Both the position numbers and the translations under genes were made by a program. Under the pieces are notes generated by a model. The model did not search any database and was not told the DNA's origin. It worked only from the letters and a program-made list of their open reading frames with translations. From contig OZ024759.1 of the NCBI GenBank assembly GCA_964016885.1, forward strand, positions 4,464,001 through 4,528,000: a stretch of DNA of 64,000 nt. Direction: 5' to 3'. Positions 10,497 through 24,250 of the stretch are shown here, in pieces (the stretch's first letter is position 1; each line of letters opens with the position of its first letter). Source of the DNA: Eledone cirrhosa. Taxonomy: Eukaryota.

Positions 10497-13400
10497 GTTG
10501 TTTACGCTCAAGAGACTAACCCCCTGGGGGATGCTAAACACAGGTCAGAGGTGTTTAAGCCTGACAGAAAATAGGTCAGAGGATATATCCATCTTTCTGA
10601 GTTGTTTACGCTTGGCAAACTAATCCCTTGGGAGACTCTAACCAAAGTTCAGAGGATATATCTATCCTTCTAACTTCAACTCTTATAAATACAGGGGTTG
10701 TTTACGCCCCGACAGAAAAGAAGTGATATACAGACAAGACAAGTGGCCTTTACAAGCTCTCGTCACGAAATACCAGTCCGTCACTAATTTCCTCTCCTGC
10801 CTGGCTGATCGATACAACCACATATTCCGTTACAACTGGTGACCCCGTAAAACAGACACACAACTTCTGATCATCCACTACAAACGATGTCTCTAGCACA
10901 CGACGATTCATCTACGGCAGAAATGGCAGTGAGGGGGGCATTTACATTAAGAATTCCACCATTCTGGGTGCACGATCTAACACTGTGGTTCGCGCACATC
11001 CAAGCGCAGTTCGCATAATAACACACGACCCACCTGTCGCTGCACGACCTAGAAGGCTACCACCAGACCGGCTGAAGTCCGTCAAACAAGAATTTCAGCA
11101 CATGCTGGATCTCGGCATCATACGTCTGTCCTCACCCATACACTGTGTACCCAAGAAGTCGTCGAACGACTGGCGAATCTGTGGCGACTACCGTGCACTA
11201 AACAACTGCACCGTTCCTAACTCTTATCCAGTACCTCATCTACAGGACTTCTCTAGCTCGCTGCACGGGGCTCGCATATTTTCGAAGATCGATCTTGTCG
11301 AGCTTAACAATCAGATACCCGTTGAGCCCGCAGATATTCCAAAGACCGCAGTCACAACACCCTTTGGAATGTTCGAATTTCTGCGTATGCCTTTCGGTTT
11401 GCGAAATGCAGCGCAAACATTCCAGCGATTCATCGATACAGTCACCAGGGGTCTACCTTTTGTATACGCATACATTGACGACTTACTGGTGGCCAGCAGC
11501 TCCGACGAAGGACATGAGAAACACCTGGATCTCCTATTCACACGTTTGCGTGAATATGGAATTGTTATCAACCCCAGCAAATGTGAGTTCGGAGTTGCGT
11601 CCCTTCATTTTCTGGGACACATCATTGACAAAGATGGTATTTGCCCACTTAAGGAGAAAGTCAAATCCATCATTGATTTTCCACAACCTATATCTCTCCG
11701 CAAACTGCGAGAATTTCTTGGCCTGGTAAACTTCTACAGAAGATTTATACCCCACTGTGCAGAGACAGCCCAACCACTCACAGATTTGCTGCGGCAGCGT
11801 ACAACCAAAAACGCAAACATCAAGCTTCGCTGAGTTGAAGAAAATGTTGTCCGAGGCTACAATGCTGAGTTACCCCAAACCTGACGCCCCAATGTGTTTA
11901 TTGACTGATGCATCCGATTTCGGAGTTGGAGGTGTGCTTCAACAACTCTCTGGCGATATTTGGCGACCTGTATCTTTTTTCTCTAAGCGATTAAAACCCG
12001 CCGAAACTAAGTACAGCACATTCAGTCGTGAATTATTGGCAGCATACCTTGCTGTCAAGCATTTTCGACACATGCTAGAAGGTCGTGTGTTCTCTATATA
12101 CACCGACCACAAACCACTAGTGTACGCGTTCAATGCCAAGCCTGACCGACACTCACCCAGGGAGGTCCGACATCTGGACTTCATTTCTCAGTACACTACT
12201 GATATTCGGTACATTAAGGGTGCCACCAACTCAGCAGCTGATGCCCTATCGCGCATGGAGCTTAAGGCAATCCACACCACTGCCACTATCGACCTCCAGA
12301 AGATTGCAGCGGATCAACAGAATGACGAGGAACTGCTGCAACTCCGGAAATCATCCTTGAAATTGAAGGAATGCCTGCTGCCCTCTTCTTCGGGTTATAT
12401 TTGGTGTGACATCTCCACAGGCCGCGAGCGCCCATACGTGCCCCGGAAACATCGACGCGACGTTTTCTCGACACAGCATTCTCTGGCACATCCTGGCGTC
12501 TGCGCCACGCAGAAACTGATGGTTGCCCGCTTTGTGTGGCCCAACATCAACAAGGACACCCGCGAATGGGCTAGGAACTGCATCGCGTGCCAGAAGGCGA
12601 AAATTCACCGGCACATCAAAGCCCCGATCGCTTCTTTCGCAACACCTGATGCACGGTTCCAACATGTGCATATAGACATAGTTGGACCTTTGCCTCCTTC
12701 TCAAAACTACACTCATCTTCTCACCTGTGTCGACCGATTTTCTCGCTGGCCAGAAGCTTTTCCCCTGATGGATATTACTGCGGAAACTGTTGCCAAAACG
12801 TTAGTGTTTCACTGGGTTTCGCGTTTCGGCACACCCGTGACCATCACTACGGATAGAGGACGTCAGTTCGATTCGAACCTATTTACCGAGCTGCCTCGTC
12901 TCCTCGGGTGCAAACACATCCATACAACAGCGTATCACCCTGCCGCTAACGGCATGGTAGAACGCTTACACCGCCAGCTAAAATCATCTATCAAGGCTTA
13001 CGAAGACTCCACTAACTAGTTCGAATACCTCCCACTCATTCTTCTTGGTATTTGTTCCACTGTTAAAGAGGGAGTCGGACATTCTCCGGCTGAAATCGTG
13101 TATGGCACCGTACTCACTCTACCCGGACAAATGATCACTCCTGTTTCGCCACAAGAACTTCCAGACCCTACAAAATATGTGCACCGTTTACGGTCATCAA
13201 TGTCGCATCTGTCTCCTTCAGCCCCTAAACAACAGCACGTTACTTCACACATACCAAAAGACATCGATACATGTTTTCGTTAGAAATGACGATATTCCAT
13301 CGCAACTTCGTCCACCGTATTCCGTCCGGGCCCTACAAGGTGATACAGAAATGCCCTAAGTATTTCGTCCTCGACTTGAACGGGAAGCGAAATACCGTCT

Positions 13401-14606
13401 CCATTGATCGTTTAAAAAAAGCGTTCATAGAACAGGAATTGCCACCAGTACCCACCGTTTCTCCAGACTCACCAACAACTTTGCCCGACACAAACACGGC
13501 AAATATTGCACACCAAATCCGGAAGAACAGTCCGATGGCCCACGCCATGGGATACGTACAAGTTTATCGGGTAAGTACAAATTATGCATCTGGTCGACAT
13601 TTCGGCTAATTTGTACATTTCAACGAATCGGCCAATTTCTGTGGTCATGAACTACACACAAATCAATTAACTCTGTGCATCACCCACATCAAAAGAACAG
13701 ACAAAAGAACATTTTTCTGTTTCTATGAAATGAACAAACTTTTAATCAACAAACTTTTCGTACGAACATTTTCAATATTATGTAACATCACAGTACATTT
13801 TCCTGAATGTAAATTTCTTTTGCTTTGCATGTTTTCTTCCATGTCTCCTGTTTGTAAATGACTTTCATGTGTTTTTTTATTTTTACTGATTTTCTTCAAC
13901 AACACACCTAGTCATACCTATCTTCATTTCACATGCACCTAGATCGTTCAATCTTAACTTGTTTACGCTCAAGAGACTAACCCCTTGGGAGAGGCTAAAC
14001 GCAGGTCAGAGGTGTTTACGCCTGACAGAAAATAGGTCAGAGGATATATCCATCTTTATGACTTGTTTACGCTTGGCAAACTAATCCTTGGGAGACTAAC
14101 CAAAGTTTAGACGATATATCTATCCTTCTAAATTCTACTCTTATAAAGACAGGGATTGTTTACGCCAAAAACAGAAAACAAGTGGGATACAGACAAGACA
14201 AGACGTTTTACAAGCTCTCGTCACGAAAAACCAGTCTATCACTTATTCTCACCTTCCTGGCTGATCGCTGACTCCTGCAATACAAATAAGTAAATATACT
14301 GATACGCCGCACACACGCATTCATAGTGAGTCCAGCATTTGTACACGTATCATTCATTTCTGTTTACACGTATTATAATCTTATTCTGTGATATTTGAAT
14401 TTACGTGGCTCGAAGAGCCACCAAATTATTGTATGAATATTTTGTGTCAATTATTTTATCATTCAATATTCAAATTGAATATTGTTGTAATAAAATAAAC
14501 TTTGTAACAACACTCCTGGTATTTTTCTTTACACCGAAACCACCATACCAACAGTTACATCCATCCATCCACTTGTCGTTACAACCACACATAATATTCC
14601 GTTACA
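10497..14606 (+). mobile_element. Gypsy LTR retrotransposon (CsRn1/Kabuki-like), gag-protease deleted, pol frameshifted
   Basis: LTR homology 10497-10834 vs 13958-14606, both ending ttccgttaCA; PBS tggtgaccccg 10837-10847; gag start IPPFW..WF; RT YIDD, RNase H TDAS, HHCC finger and DDE integrase; true 5' boundary not resolved. Confidence 0.92.
10837..10847 (+). promoter_or_regulatory. Primer-binding site complementary to the tRNA-Trp 3' end
   Basis: TGGTGACCCCG, 2 nt after the LTR terminal CA. Confidence 0.75.
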
Positions 14607-14745
14607 CCTCCGTCTATATTTCAACCACTGGAACAACCTCACACAAGAAACAGTTGTCGCACCCTCAGTCAACATTTTAATGTCAAACATCGAAATAAAT
14701 GTTATGAGTGTATATAGATAGATGTATATTGTGTGTGTATATATA

Positions 14746-14900
14746 CAGTAATCCCCCGCTATATTGCGGTTCACTTTTCGCAGTCCCGTTACATCGCGGA
14801 TATTTCTTTGGAACGTATCTAATTTCCTATCGCGGTAATCCTCGCCACATCGCGGATTATTCGTTAGAACATATCTATTTTCTTATCGCGGTACGTCTGA
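14746..14900 (+). mobile_element. Tigger/pogo-like DNA transposon end
   Basis: TA|CAGTAATCCCCCGCTATATTGCGGTTCAC.. with repeated atcgcgg subterminal motifs; no partner end seen. Confidence 0.55.
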
Positions 14901-15342
14901 GTAAAAAGTGTTTAAAATTTAAACTTATTAAATAAGTTTCGATGTTATTAAAGAGTATATCGTAAGGAAGGGACATCTTAAGGCTTTAATTATGAACAAA
15001 CTTTTATATTTTCATTCCATTATTGTTTTACTGATTGTGTTTTGCTCTAATCTACTACAAACCCTTCATAGATTGGTCTCTCTGTAACATGGTTGTTTCT
15101 GGAACGTATCATGGCTTAGTGGTTAAAGCATTGGGCTTGCAATCTAAAGGTTGTGAGTTCGATTCTCGGACAGGGTGTTGTGTTGTGTCCTTGAGCAAGA
15201 CACTTTATTTCACGTTACTCCAGTTTACTCAGCTGTAGAAATGAGTTGTGATGTCACTGGTGCCAAGCTATATCAGTCATAACCTTTCTCTTGGACATAT
15301 ATATAGTGTATATATACTGTACACAGTGTATATATATCTATA

Positions 15343-16940
15343 TCATCATCACTGTTTTACGTCCCTTCTTCCATGGTAGTATGGGTTAGACAGGTTGTCC
15401 TGTTGTGGGCAGTGCCAGATAGGGTGACCTTGTCTTGCTCAGATGGGAACCGATTTAGGCTTGATTTCCACAGCTGGATGCCCTTCCTAACACCAACCTC
15501 ACAGTGAGTGATGGGTGTTTTTTTGTTGTGACACCTCCACGGCCACTTTACAGTGGGAGGGGGTGGGGCATATTGTCTATGTGCTTCAGCTTGTACCCAG
15601 GGGCTACAACACAACCTCCTCTGCTGCACACAGCATTTGATTCCTCTTATGTTCAGTCTCTCTCTCAATTTGTTAATGCTTTACCGTTCGCGTATATTAC
15701 TATTACACGTCCATCGGAGCATGCAAGCTTCGTTTCTTTCTAATCTACGCAAGTCTTCTACAGACAGTGCCCAGGTCTCACTACCATGTAGCATTGCTGT
15801 TCGTATGCACGTATCATACTGTCTGCCTTTCATTTTGAGGGAAAAGCCTTTTGCAGCTAGCAGTGGCAGTAGCTCCCTAAACTTCTTCAATCCTGTTACT
15901 GTACTTTCAGAACACCCACCTCCGCTGCTCCTTTCGCCACCTAGGTAGCAAAAGCTGTCTACTGTTTCTACAGATCTCTCCCAGAGTTTGGTGGTGCTTG
16001 TTTCTTTAGTTCTGCCATAGATTCAGCTATAAGTGTAAGATCATCCGCATATAGGAGTTCCTATGGGCATCAGGTCTTAAACTCCTCTGTTATAGCCTGC
16101 AATACTATTATAAACAGAAGAAGGTTAAGAACAGAGCCCTGGTGGACACCGACCTGTATGCTAGATTCCTCGCTATAGTAATTGTTAACTCTAACTTTGC
16201 TGACTGCTCCCCTATACATGGCTTGTACAGCTTTCACAAGCCACTAATCTACTCTTAGTTTTCTAAGAGCCCACCAGATTATAGCACGGAGCACTCTGTT
16301 GAAGAATTTTTCCATATCGACAAGAGCCAGGTAGAGCGGCTTGCTTTTAGCTAGGTACTTTACCTGTAACTGCCTCACAAGGATCAGTGGTGCTTTTTCC
16401 TGGCACAAGCCCAAACTGCATCTCACCTAGTTTTACCCAGTCCCTGATCAACTGTGCTATGACTCTTTCGATTACTTTCATGACCTGGTCCATCAGCTTT
16501 ATATCTCTATAGTTTATTCTATCTAGTGCATCTACTTTACCCTTGTAGCAGTTGACGATGATGCTGCTGCACCAATCCTTTGGTATGACACCCTCTAGTA
16601 TTACCTGGTTAACAATATGTGTGGTTATTACTTTATCTACCCATTTGTCAGCTAATAGTATACCTACACCACCCATCCCATTGTCATTTCCCACCCAGAA
16701 AAATTTATAGCACTAACTTTTGCCTACAAGGACTCTAGCGAACTCTCCTCTCCACCTAGTCTCTTGCACACAGCATACGTCAATATCCTTTCACTCTAGC
16801 ATGTCTATAATTTCTCCTTCCCTTCCTTTCATTGTGCTTATGTTGATGCTGCCAACTCAGAGTTTTGAACATTTGCCATCATTTGTGGGAAAAGGTGAAT
16901 TTTTGCAGGGGAGTGTGTATGCTTCCTGTCTCTGAATTAA
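15343..16940 (-). mobile_element. RTE LINE, internally deleted copy of the same family as 50812-53294
   Basis: EN, RT and C-terminal fragments in ORFs 16347-16694, 16244-16426 and 15681-15890; (GAT)n tail at the left end. Confidence 0.9.
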
Positions 16941-17056
16941 AGCTTTGCATGGGTGCTTGGTAACTCGCAGATTCATATTCATTTATTTATTCGGGGTTGT
17001 TCCATTTATCCTTCGCTCCTCCATACATAACGGTGAACAAGAATTCTTTGGTGCAG

Positions 17057-17497
17057 GGCTAGAAGGACAGTAGTAGTAATGGCAGAGTTTGTTGGGGCTG
17101 GTAAGGGCTAGAAGGACAGTAGTAGTAATGGCAGTGTTTGTTGGGGCTGGTAAGGGCTAGAAGGACAGTAGTAGTAATGACAGAGTTTGTTGGGGCTGGT
17201 AAGGGCTAGAAGGACAGTAGTAGTAATGACAGAGTTTGTTGGGGCTGGTAAGGGCTAGAAGGACAGTAGTAGTAATGGCAGAGTTTGTTGGGGCTGGTAA
17301 CGGCTAGAAGCACAGTAGTAGTAATGACAGAGTTTGTTGGGGGCTGGTAACGGCTAGAAGGACAGTAGTAGTAATGGCAGAGTTTGTTGGGGCTGGTAAC
17401 GGCTAGAAGGACAGTAGTAGTAATGGCAGAGTTTGTTGGGGCTGGTAACGGCTAGAAGGACAGTAGTAGTAATGGCAGAGTTTGTTGGGGCTGGTAA
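17057..17497. repeat. 49-bp minisatellite, 9 copies
   Basis: ggctagaaggacagtagtagtaatggcagagtttgttggggctggtaa(g/c). Confidence 0.95.
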
Positions 17498-18396
17498 TGG
17501 GTAAGGACATGTTGCTGTGGTTTGATTGGTCAAATAGCCAATGGTAGTGAGTGGGAAATTGTGAGATAGGTAGCCATCATGACATATATCATCACAGGAG
17601 ATTCGGGGGAAATAAGCAGATATAAGTAGGCTTATTAGACAAGGCAAGTATGCAAGAATTTCGAAGATTGTCACCTAGCTTTGAGAGAAAGGAGAGGTAA
17701 TTGCAGGGGTTAGGGATGAGTTTGTAGAGAAAGACACAATGTCCAACATAGTTTATATCAAAAACAAGGTCGAAGTATATACATTGTGGAAACAAGTCAA
17801 TGATAATAATAATAATAATGTAAACAGAACATTTTGAAATTGGGGAAGAGAGATAGCTGTAGAATAGAAATAATCTATGAAAGTCTGGGATATAAGTTAT
17901 ATATATATGTTGTGATGTCACTTGTGCCAAGCTGTATCAGCCATTGCCTTTCCCTTGGACAACATATATAGCGTATAATATATATTGTACACATCGTATA
18001 TATACTATATATATTGTGTATATATACTGTAGACAGTGTATATATGATATATATATAGTATATATATATGTAGTGATGTAACTGGTACCAAGCTGTATCA
18101 GCCATTACCTTTCCCTTGGACAACATCGGTGGCGTGGAGAGGGTAGACTGGTATACTTGGGTGACTGCTGGTCTTCCTCAAACAACTGGACTTGTGCCTC
18201 AGAAGGGAACTTTCTAGTTGCAAATCACATGGTCATTCTTGACCGACAGAGGTCTTCGATATGTTAGGTGTGTATATATAGATGTGTATTGATGTCCATG
18301 TGGGAGTCATTGATACCAATGCTAGGGATGGCTGGTCTTCTATATTACTGTATAACACCAAAGATCTCGATCCTGTGTCATTGTCTTAGAGAAGTG

Positions 18397-19987
18397 CAAT
18401 TGTGTGAGGTCAGCTGTTATCACCTCATCCCAGGTCTTCCTACTTCATATCTTCCATCAATTGTGTGAGGTCAGCTTTTATCACCTCATCCCAGGTCTTC
18501 CTACTCCATAGCTTCCATCAATTGTGTCAGGTCAGCTATTATCACCTCATCCTAGGTCTTCCTACTTCATAGCTTCCATCAATTGTGTGAGGTCAGCTTT
18601 TATCACCTCATCCCAGGTCTTCCTACTTCATAGCTTCCATCAATTGTGTCAGGTCAGCTGTTATCAACCCATCCCAGGTCTTCCTTCTCTATAGCTTCCA
18701 TCAATTGTGTCAGGTCAGCTTTTATCACCTCATCCCAGGTCTTCCTACTTCATAGCTTCCATCAATTGTGTCAGGTCAGCTTTTATCACCTCATCCCAGG
18801 TCTTCCTACTTCATAGCTTCCATCAATTGTGTCAGGTCAGCTATTATCACCTCATCCCAGGTCTTCCTACTTCATAGCTTCCATCAATTGTGTCAGGTCA
18901 GCTTTTATCACCTCATCCCAGGTCTTCCTACTTCATAGCTTCCATCAATTGTGTCAGGTCAGCTTTTATCACCTCATCCCAGGTCTTCCTACTTCATAGC
19001 TTCCATCAATTGTGTCAGGTCAGCTTTTATCACCTCATCCCACGTCTTCCTACTTCATAGCTTCCATCAATTGTGTCAGGTCAGCTTTTATCACCTCATC
19101 CCAGGTCTTCCTACTTCATAGCTTCCATCAATTGTGTCAGGTCAGCTATTATCACCTCATCCCAGGTCTTCCTACTTCGTAGCTTCCATCAATTGTGTCA
19201 GGTCAGCTTTTATCACCTCATCCCAGGTCTTCCTACTTCATAGCTTCCATCAATTGTGTAAGGTCAGCTTTTATCACCTCATCCCAGGTCTTCCTACTTC
19301 ATAGCTTCCATCAATTGTGTCAGGTCAGCTTTTATCACCTCATCCCAGGTCTTCCTACTCTATAGCTTCCATCAATTGTGTAAAGTCAGCTTTTATCACC
19401 TCATCCCAGGTCTTCCTACTTCATAGCTTCCATCAATTGTGTGAAGTCAGCTTTTATCACCTCAGACTAGGTCTTCGTACTCTATAGCTTCCATCAATTG
19501 TGTCAGGTCAGCTTTTATCACCTCAAACTAGGTCTTCCTACTCCATAGCTTCCATCAATTGTGTGAGGTCAGCTTTTATCACCTCAAACCAGGTCTTTTT
19601 ACTCCATAGGTTCCATCAATTGTGTAAGGTCAGCTTTTATCACCTCATCCCAAGTCTTCCTACTTCATTGCTTCCATCAATTGTGTCAGGTCAGCTTTTA
19701 TCACCTCATCCCAGGTCTTCCTACTTCATAGCTTCCATCAATTGTGTCAGGTCAGCTATTATCACCTCATCCCAGGTCTTCCTACTTCATAGCTTCCATC
19801 AATTGTGTCAGGTCAGCTATTATCACCTCATCCCAGGTCTTCCTACTTCATAGCTTCCATCAATTGTGTCAGGTCAGCTATTATCACCTCATCCCAGGTC
19901 TTCCTACTTCATAGCTTCCATCAATTGTGTCAGGTCAGCTATTATCACCTCATCCCAGGTCTTCCTACTTCATAGCTTCCATCAATT
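18397..19987. repeat. 61-bp minisatellite, ~26 copies, derived from an RTE 3' end
   Basis: tcaggtcagcttttatcacctcatcccaggtcttcctacttcatagcttccatcaattgtg. Confidence 0.95.
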
Positions 19988-22150
19988 TTATAAAATGCTT
20001 GAAAACAACTTAGAAAAAATGTTACTCAAAATCAAAATTTAATCCCAAAGAGAGGAAATTGGAACATTATCCACTGAAAGTTGCTTAACCCTTTAGTGTC
20101 CAAACCAGCCAAAACTGGCCAGAATTCTCTACCTCTTTCTGTTGAAACTGGCTGTAACTGGTCGCTCAGACTGATGTTAAGGTATTGTTCTCAAAATAAA
20201 TACTTTCAAAATCTGATAGATTCAATATTATGTGAGATAAAGCCTTTACCATGAAAATATAATAGTATATATAAAATAATGTGAATGCTAAAGGGTTAAC
20301 CCTTTAACATTTAAACCGGCAATAACTGGCCAGAGTTCTGTCCTCTTTTTCTTTTTAAACCACTCGTAACTGGCCACTCATACTGATGTTAAAGTATTGT
20401 TCTCAATATAAATAATATCAGATTCGATATTATGTGAGGTAAAGACTTTACCATGGAAATATAATAGTATATATAGAGTAATGTAAATGTTATGTGAGAT
20501 AAAGACATTACCATGGAAATATAATAGTATATATAGAATAATGTAAATGTTAAAGGCTTAAACGCTGAAGAAAGGACTTTTAGGTCCCGAAATATTGGAC
20601 AGATAAAAGAACAACAACAAAAAAACAAAACAAAGATTACCAGGTAACTTTTACTTTTCCTTACCTCATCTTATTGTCCATTTTGCATTGTTTAGCCTTC
20701 TATCTCTTTCAACGTTATATTTTATATAGAATGCTTCAAACAAACTACAACATTTAATTATATATCATCATCATCATCTTCAATTAACGTCCATCTTCCA
20801 CACTAGCATGTGTTAGACGGGTCCCATTTAGAGGCAAGTGTGGGCTGGATGCTTTTTTGCTGTCTTCTACACGTTCAGTGTGGGTGAGATATATATATAT
20901 GTGTATGTATATATCATCACCATTTAGCGTCCATTTTTCCATTCTTGCATGGGTTAGACGGATCATTCACACCAGGAGGCAAGTCTGGCCAGGGTTGGCC
21001 ATGTGTCGCACCTTGCTCAGGTGAGGTCTGTAAATTTGGTGGGGTATTTTACAGCTGGATTCCCTTCCTAACATCAACCATGTTTACAGTGTGGAACTGG
21101 ATGGCTCTGTTATGAGGAGGGACAGGCCAGTTGGCTGCACTGAACTCATCTCACAGTGGAACTATAATTTTGGGGGGCCTGGTACTGGGTGGCACCATTG
21201 AGGAGGGGGTAGCCAGTCAGCTGCTCCAAACTCATCTCACGAGGTTACCACAGTTTTGGGGCCCTGTACTAGGGGCTATAGTGATGGTGTAGCTAGTTTA
21301 TATGAATAAGTAAATCTGACGCAGGTATATTTCTACAGTTTACCAATGTACCGTACTTACTGGCGCCAATGACGACCAATTTTTGAAAAAAAATAATAAT
21401 CAACCTTCGGCCTCCAGGACATATGGTAGATATTTTGGACTTATATTAGGGAAAAAGTAATGTCTTTGATGCTAGGAAATATGGTGAAAATTTAAAATTT
21501 CCACTGTTAAATCTATCCCTGCATTTTAAGTATTCTCTATTATCTCATACTGTTACTTTCTTATAAGTCCTATAAGAATGCAATTTTTGCTAAACTGCCA
21601 TAGAGCAGACCTCTGAAGTGATAGAAGGATATAATTTATAGAGCATGCTGGAATACCACTGCTTACATTGGAGAGAATTTCTCTGGACAGAATGTTGATA
21701 TCTACAGTTTACCAATATAGAAATATAACATTTCCACTGTTAAATCTATCTCTGCTTCTAAAGTATTCTCTATTATCTCATACTGTTTCTTTCTTATTTC
21801 AGAATATCAGATGACATTGGGATAAATTATTATTTTCAATCTTGGATACATCATCTCTATTTATCATCATTTGAAGACTAAAACCTTCTAAACAGAACTT
21901 ATATAACACTGTTTATATAAATCTATAGTTCAATTACTGTGAAATATTTCCTCAAAACTGAGTTTATTTTCTTCACTATAAGATGGTTTTGTATTTTAAC
22001 TAAACTTGGATGAAACAGAAGTTTGTATTATCTTCAGATATTAACTGAAATCACAGTTGAGGGAAATATAGAAGAATATTTTATAAGAAATATAATATAA
22101 AAAATATTACAAGAAAAACATCTGTATATTCTGTTGAAGAAGAAATCATT

Positions 22151-22890
22151 ATGCCAAATAAATTGACAAAGAAGATTAAATGTGTAACACAATCTAAAGT
22201 GTTTAGTATTGCTGGTGAGATGACAAAGGTTAGAGAAGAGAAGCCATATCACTGTGATATCTGTGATAAATCATTCTCTCAAAGTGGTACCTTAACTACT
22301 CACAAACGTATACATACAGGAGACAAGCCATATCACTGTGATATCTGTGGTATATCATTCTCTGGGAAAAGTAGCCTAACTACTCACAAATGTATACATG
22401 CAGAAGAGAAATCATAATGCATTGACATCAGTGATAAATCCTTCTCTCAAATTTGTGAATTAATGAGAATACAAATACATATCATTGTAACATCTTAGGG
22501 AAATCCTTCTCTTTGAATGTTACATTAACTATACACACACATATACATACAGCTGGGAAGCCATATCACTTTGATATATTTGGTACATCATTCTCTAAAT
22601 GTTGTGGCTTCACTAGACACCAACATCTACAGGAGAGGAACCATATCACTGTGATGTCTGTGATAAATCCTTCTCTAAATGTTGTGGTTTCACTAGACAC
22701 CAACATATACATACAGGAGAGGAACCATATCACTGTGATGTCTGTGATAAATCCTTCTCTAAATGTTGTGGTTTAATTAGACACTAACATATACAGGAGA
22801 GGAACTATATCACTGTGATGTCTGTGGTACATCTTTCTCTTATAAAGATTACTTAATGCAACACAATTAGATAAAAACCATGTCACTCAC
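22151..22890 (+). pseudogene. Decayed C2H2 zinc-finger gene, nested antisense in the host intron
   Basis: [38 protein letters not shown] then a stop; several further frameshifted fingers; acceptor-like sites near 21820 and 22037. Confidence 0.85.
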
Positions 22891-22984
22891 CTAAAATAGT
22901 GCCATCAATGTTGTTAATATTTTGAATAAACCTGTTTTACTAAGAAATTCTCCTTTCATTTTATGTCTGTATAAACACAGTCTT

Positions 22985-24250
22985 CTCTCTTACACACCAC
23001 TTCAGCTCACTCTTAAACCCAGCTTCTTCTTCAACTTGTCCAAGCTCTCCCTTTCTCTCACACTTACACAACATATCCTACAAAGCATGGTTGTTTCATA
23101 TCTCTCCAGTCTACATAACCTCTGCAGTCACAGCCCTTATTTCGTTACCATGCATCATTGCATATCACCCACATGTGTCATACAGTTGTCCTTTTGTACA
23201 GAGAGAGAGAAACTTTTTGTGGTCAACTGTTGCAGTAGCTCTCTAAACTTTTTCCATCCTATCCTTATTCTAGCTATACAACTTTCAGAGCAGCCCCCTC
23301 CACTTCTAATTAACTCACCTAGATTGCAAAATATATTTGTCAGCATACTTTATGAAGGGTCTGTTTGGAAGTGCCTCGCCTAATAAACAATGGTGCCATA
23401 ACTGGACTCAGAAACCAATGGTCACACATACATGGTAAGTTAGCTAAGAACGTAGGTTTTACATTGGTTCACTGCGCTGGAGAAGTAAGCAGCAATCACG
23501 TTTAGGAGACAAGCTCTATCAAATATTTAAAGGGTTCCATAGAAGCAGTTGACAGTTTCTGTTACCTGGGGTATCAAATAAGCAGTGGAGGTAGGTGTTC
23601 TGAAAGTACAGTAACAAGAGTAAGAACAAGATGGCAGAGGTTTAGGGTGTTACTACTGCTGCTAGCTACAAAAGGTTGTTTCACCAAATTGATGTGTGCA
23701 TATAAACAGCAATGCTGCATTGCAGTGAGGACCCCAGAAGATTGGATAGAAATGAAGCTTGAATTCTCCGATGGATGTGTAATATTAATATACATGAAGG
23801 GGAAAGTGTTAATAACCTGAGAGAGAACCTGGGCATGAGAGGGAAAAGATACAGTATGCAGGAGAGGAGATTGCTGTGGTATGGACATGTGATGTGTATG
23901 AAGGTAGAGATGCTGTATAAGGTAGAGATGTTGACCACTTGAAATTGATGGAAGAGGAAGACCTAGGAATGCTTGGGATGTGGAGGTAAAAACTGACCTG
24001 ACACCATTGTACCTCTCAAAGGTGATGACACAGGATTGAAATCTCTGGCGTTATACAGTACTGCAGGAGACCTGCATTCCCATGTGCACGGGTTGACACA
24101 ACATTTAGTGGTTTGAAGTATGCTCCAATTTTCCTCCCCTTCACATCTTAACACTCCACCCCCTTACCAGCTAAGTACACCACCCTGACCTACCTCTCCA
24201 ATCCCCACTCTACATACACACAACCCCACCCCCACTTTCACATCTGATAC
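22985..24250. mobile_element. Two decayed RTE C-terminal fragments in opposite orientation (22985-23340 minus, 23535-24250 plus)
   Basis: GGGCSES..RIRIGWKKFREL-like translation on each strand. Confidence 0.75.

Noticed and set aside
15105-15175. tRNA-like sequence with A and B boxes
   Set aside because: It continues directly into a SINE core and lacks a complete cloverleaf, so it is a SINE head rather than a tRNA gene.
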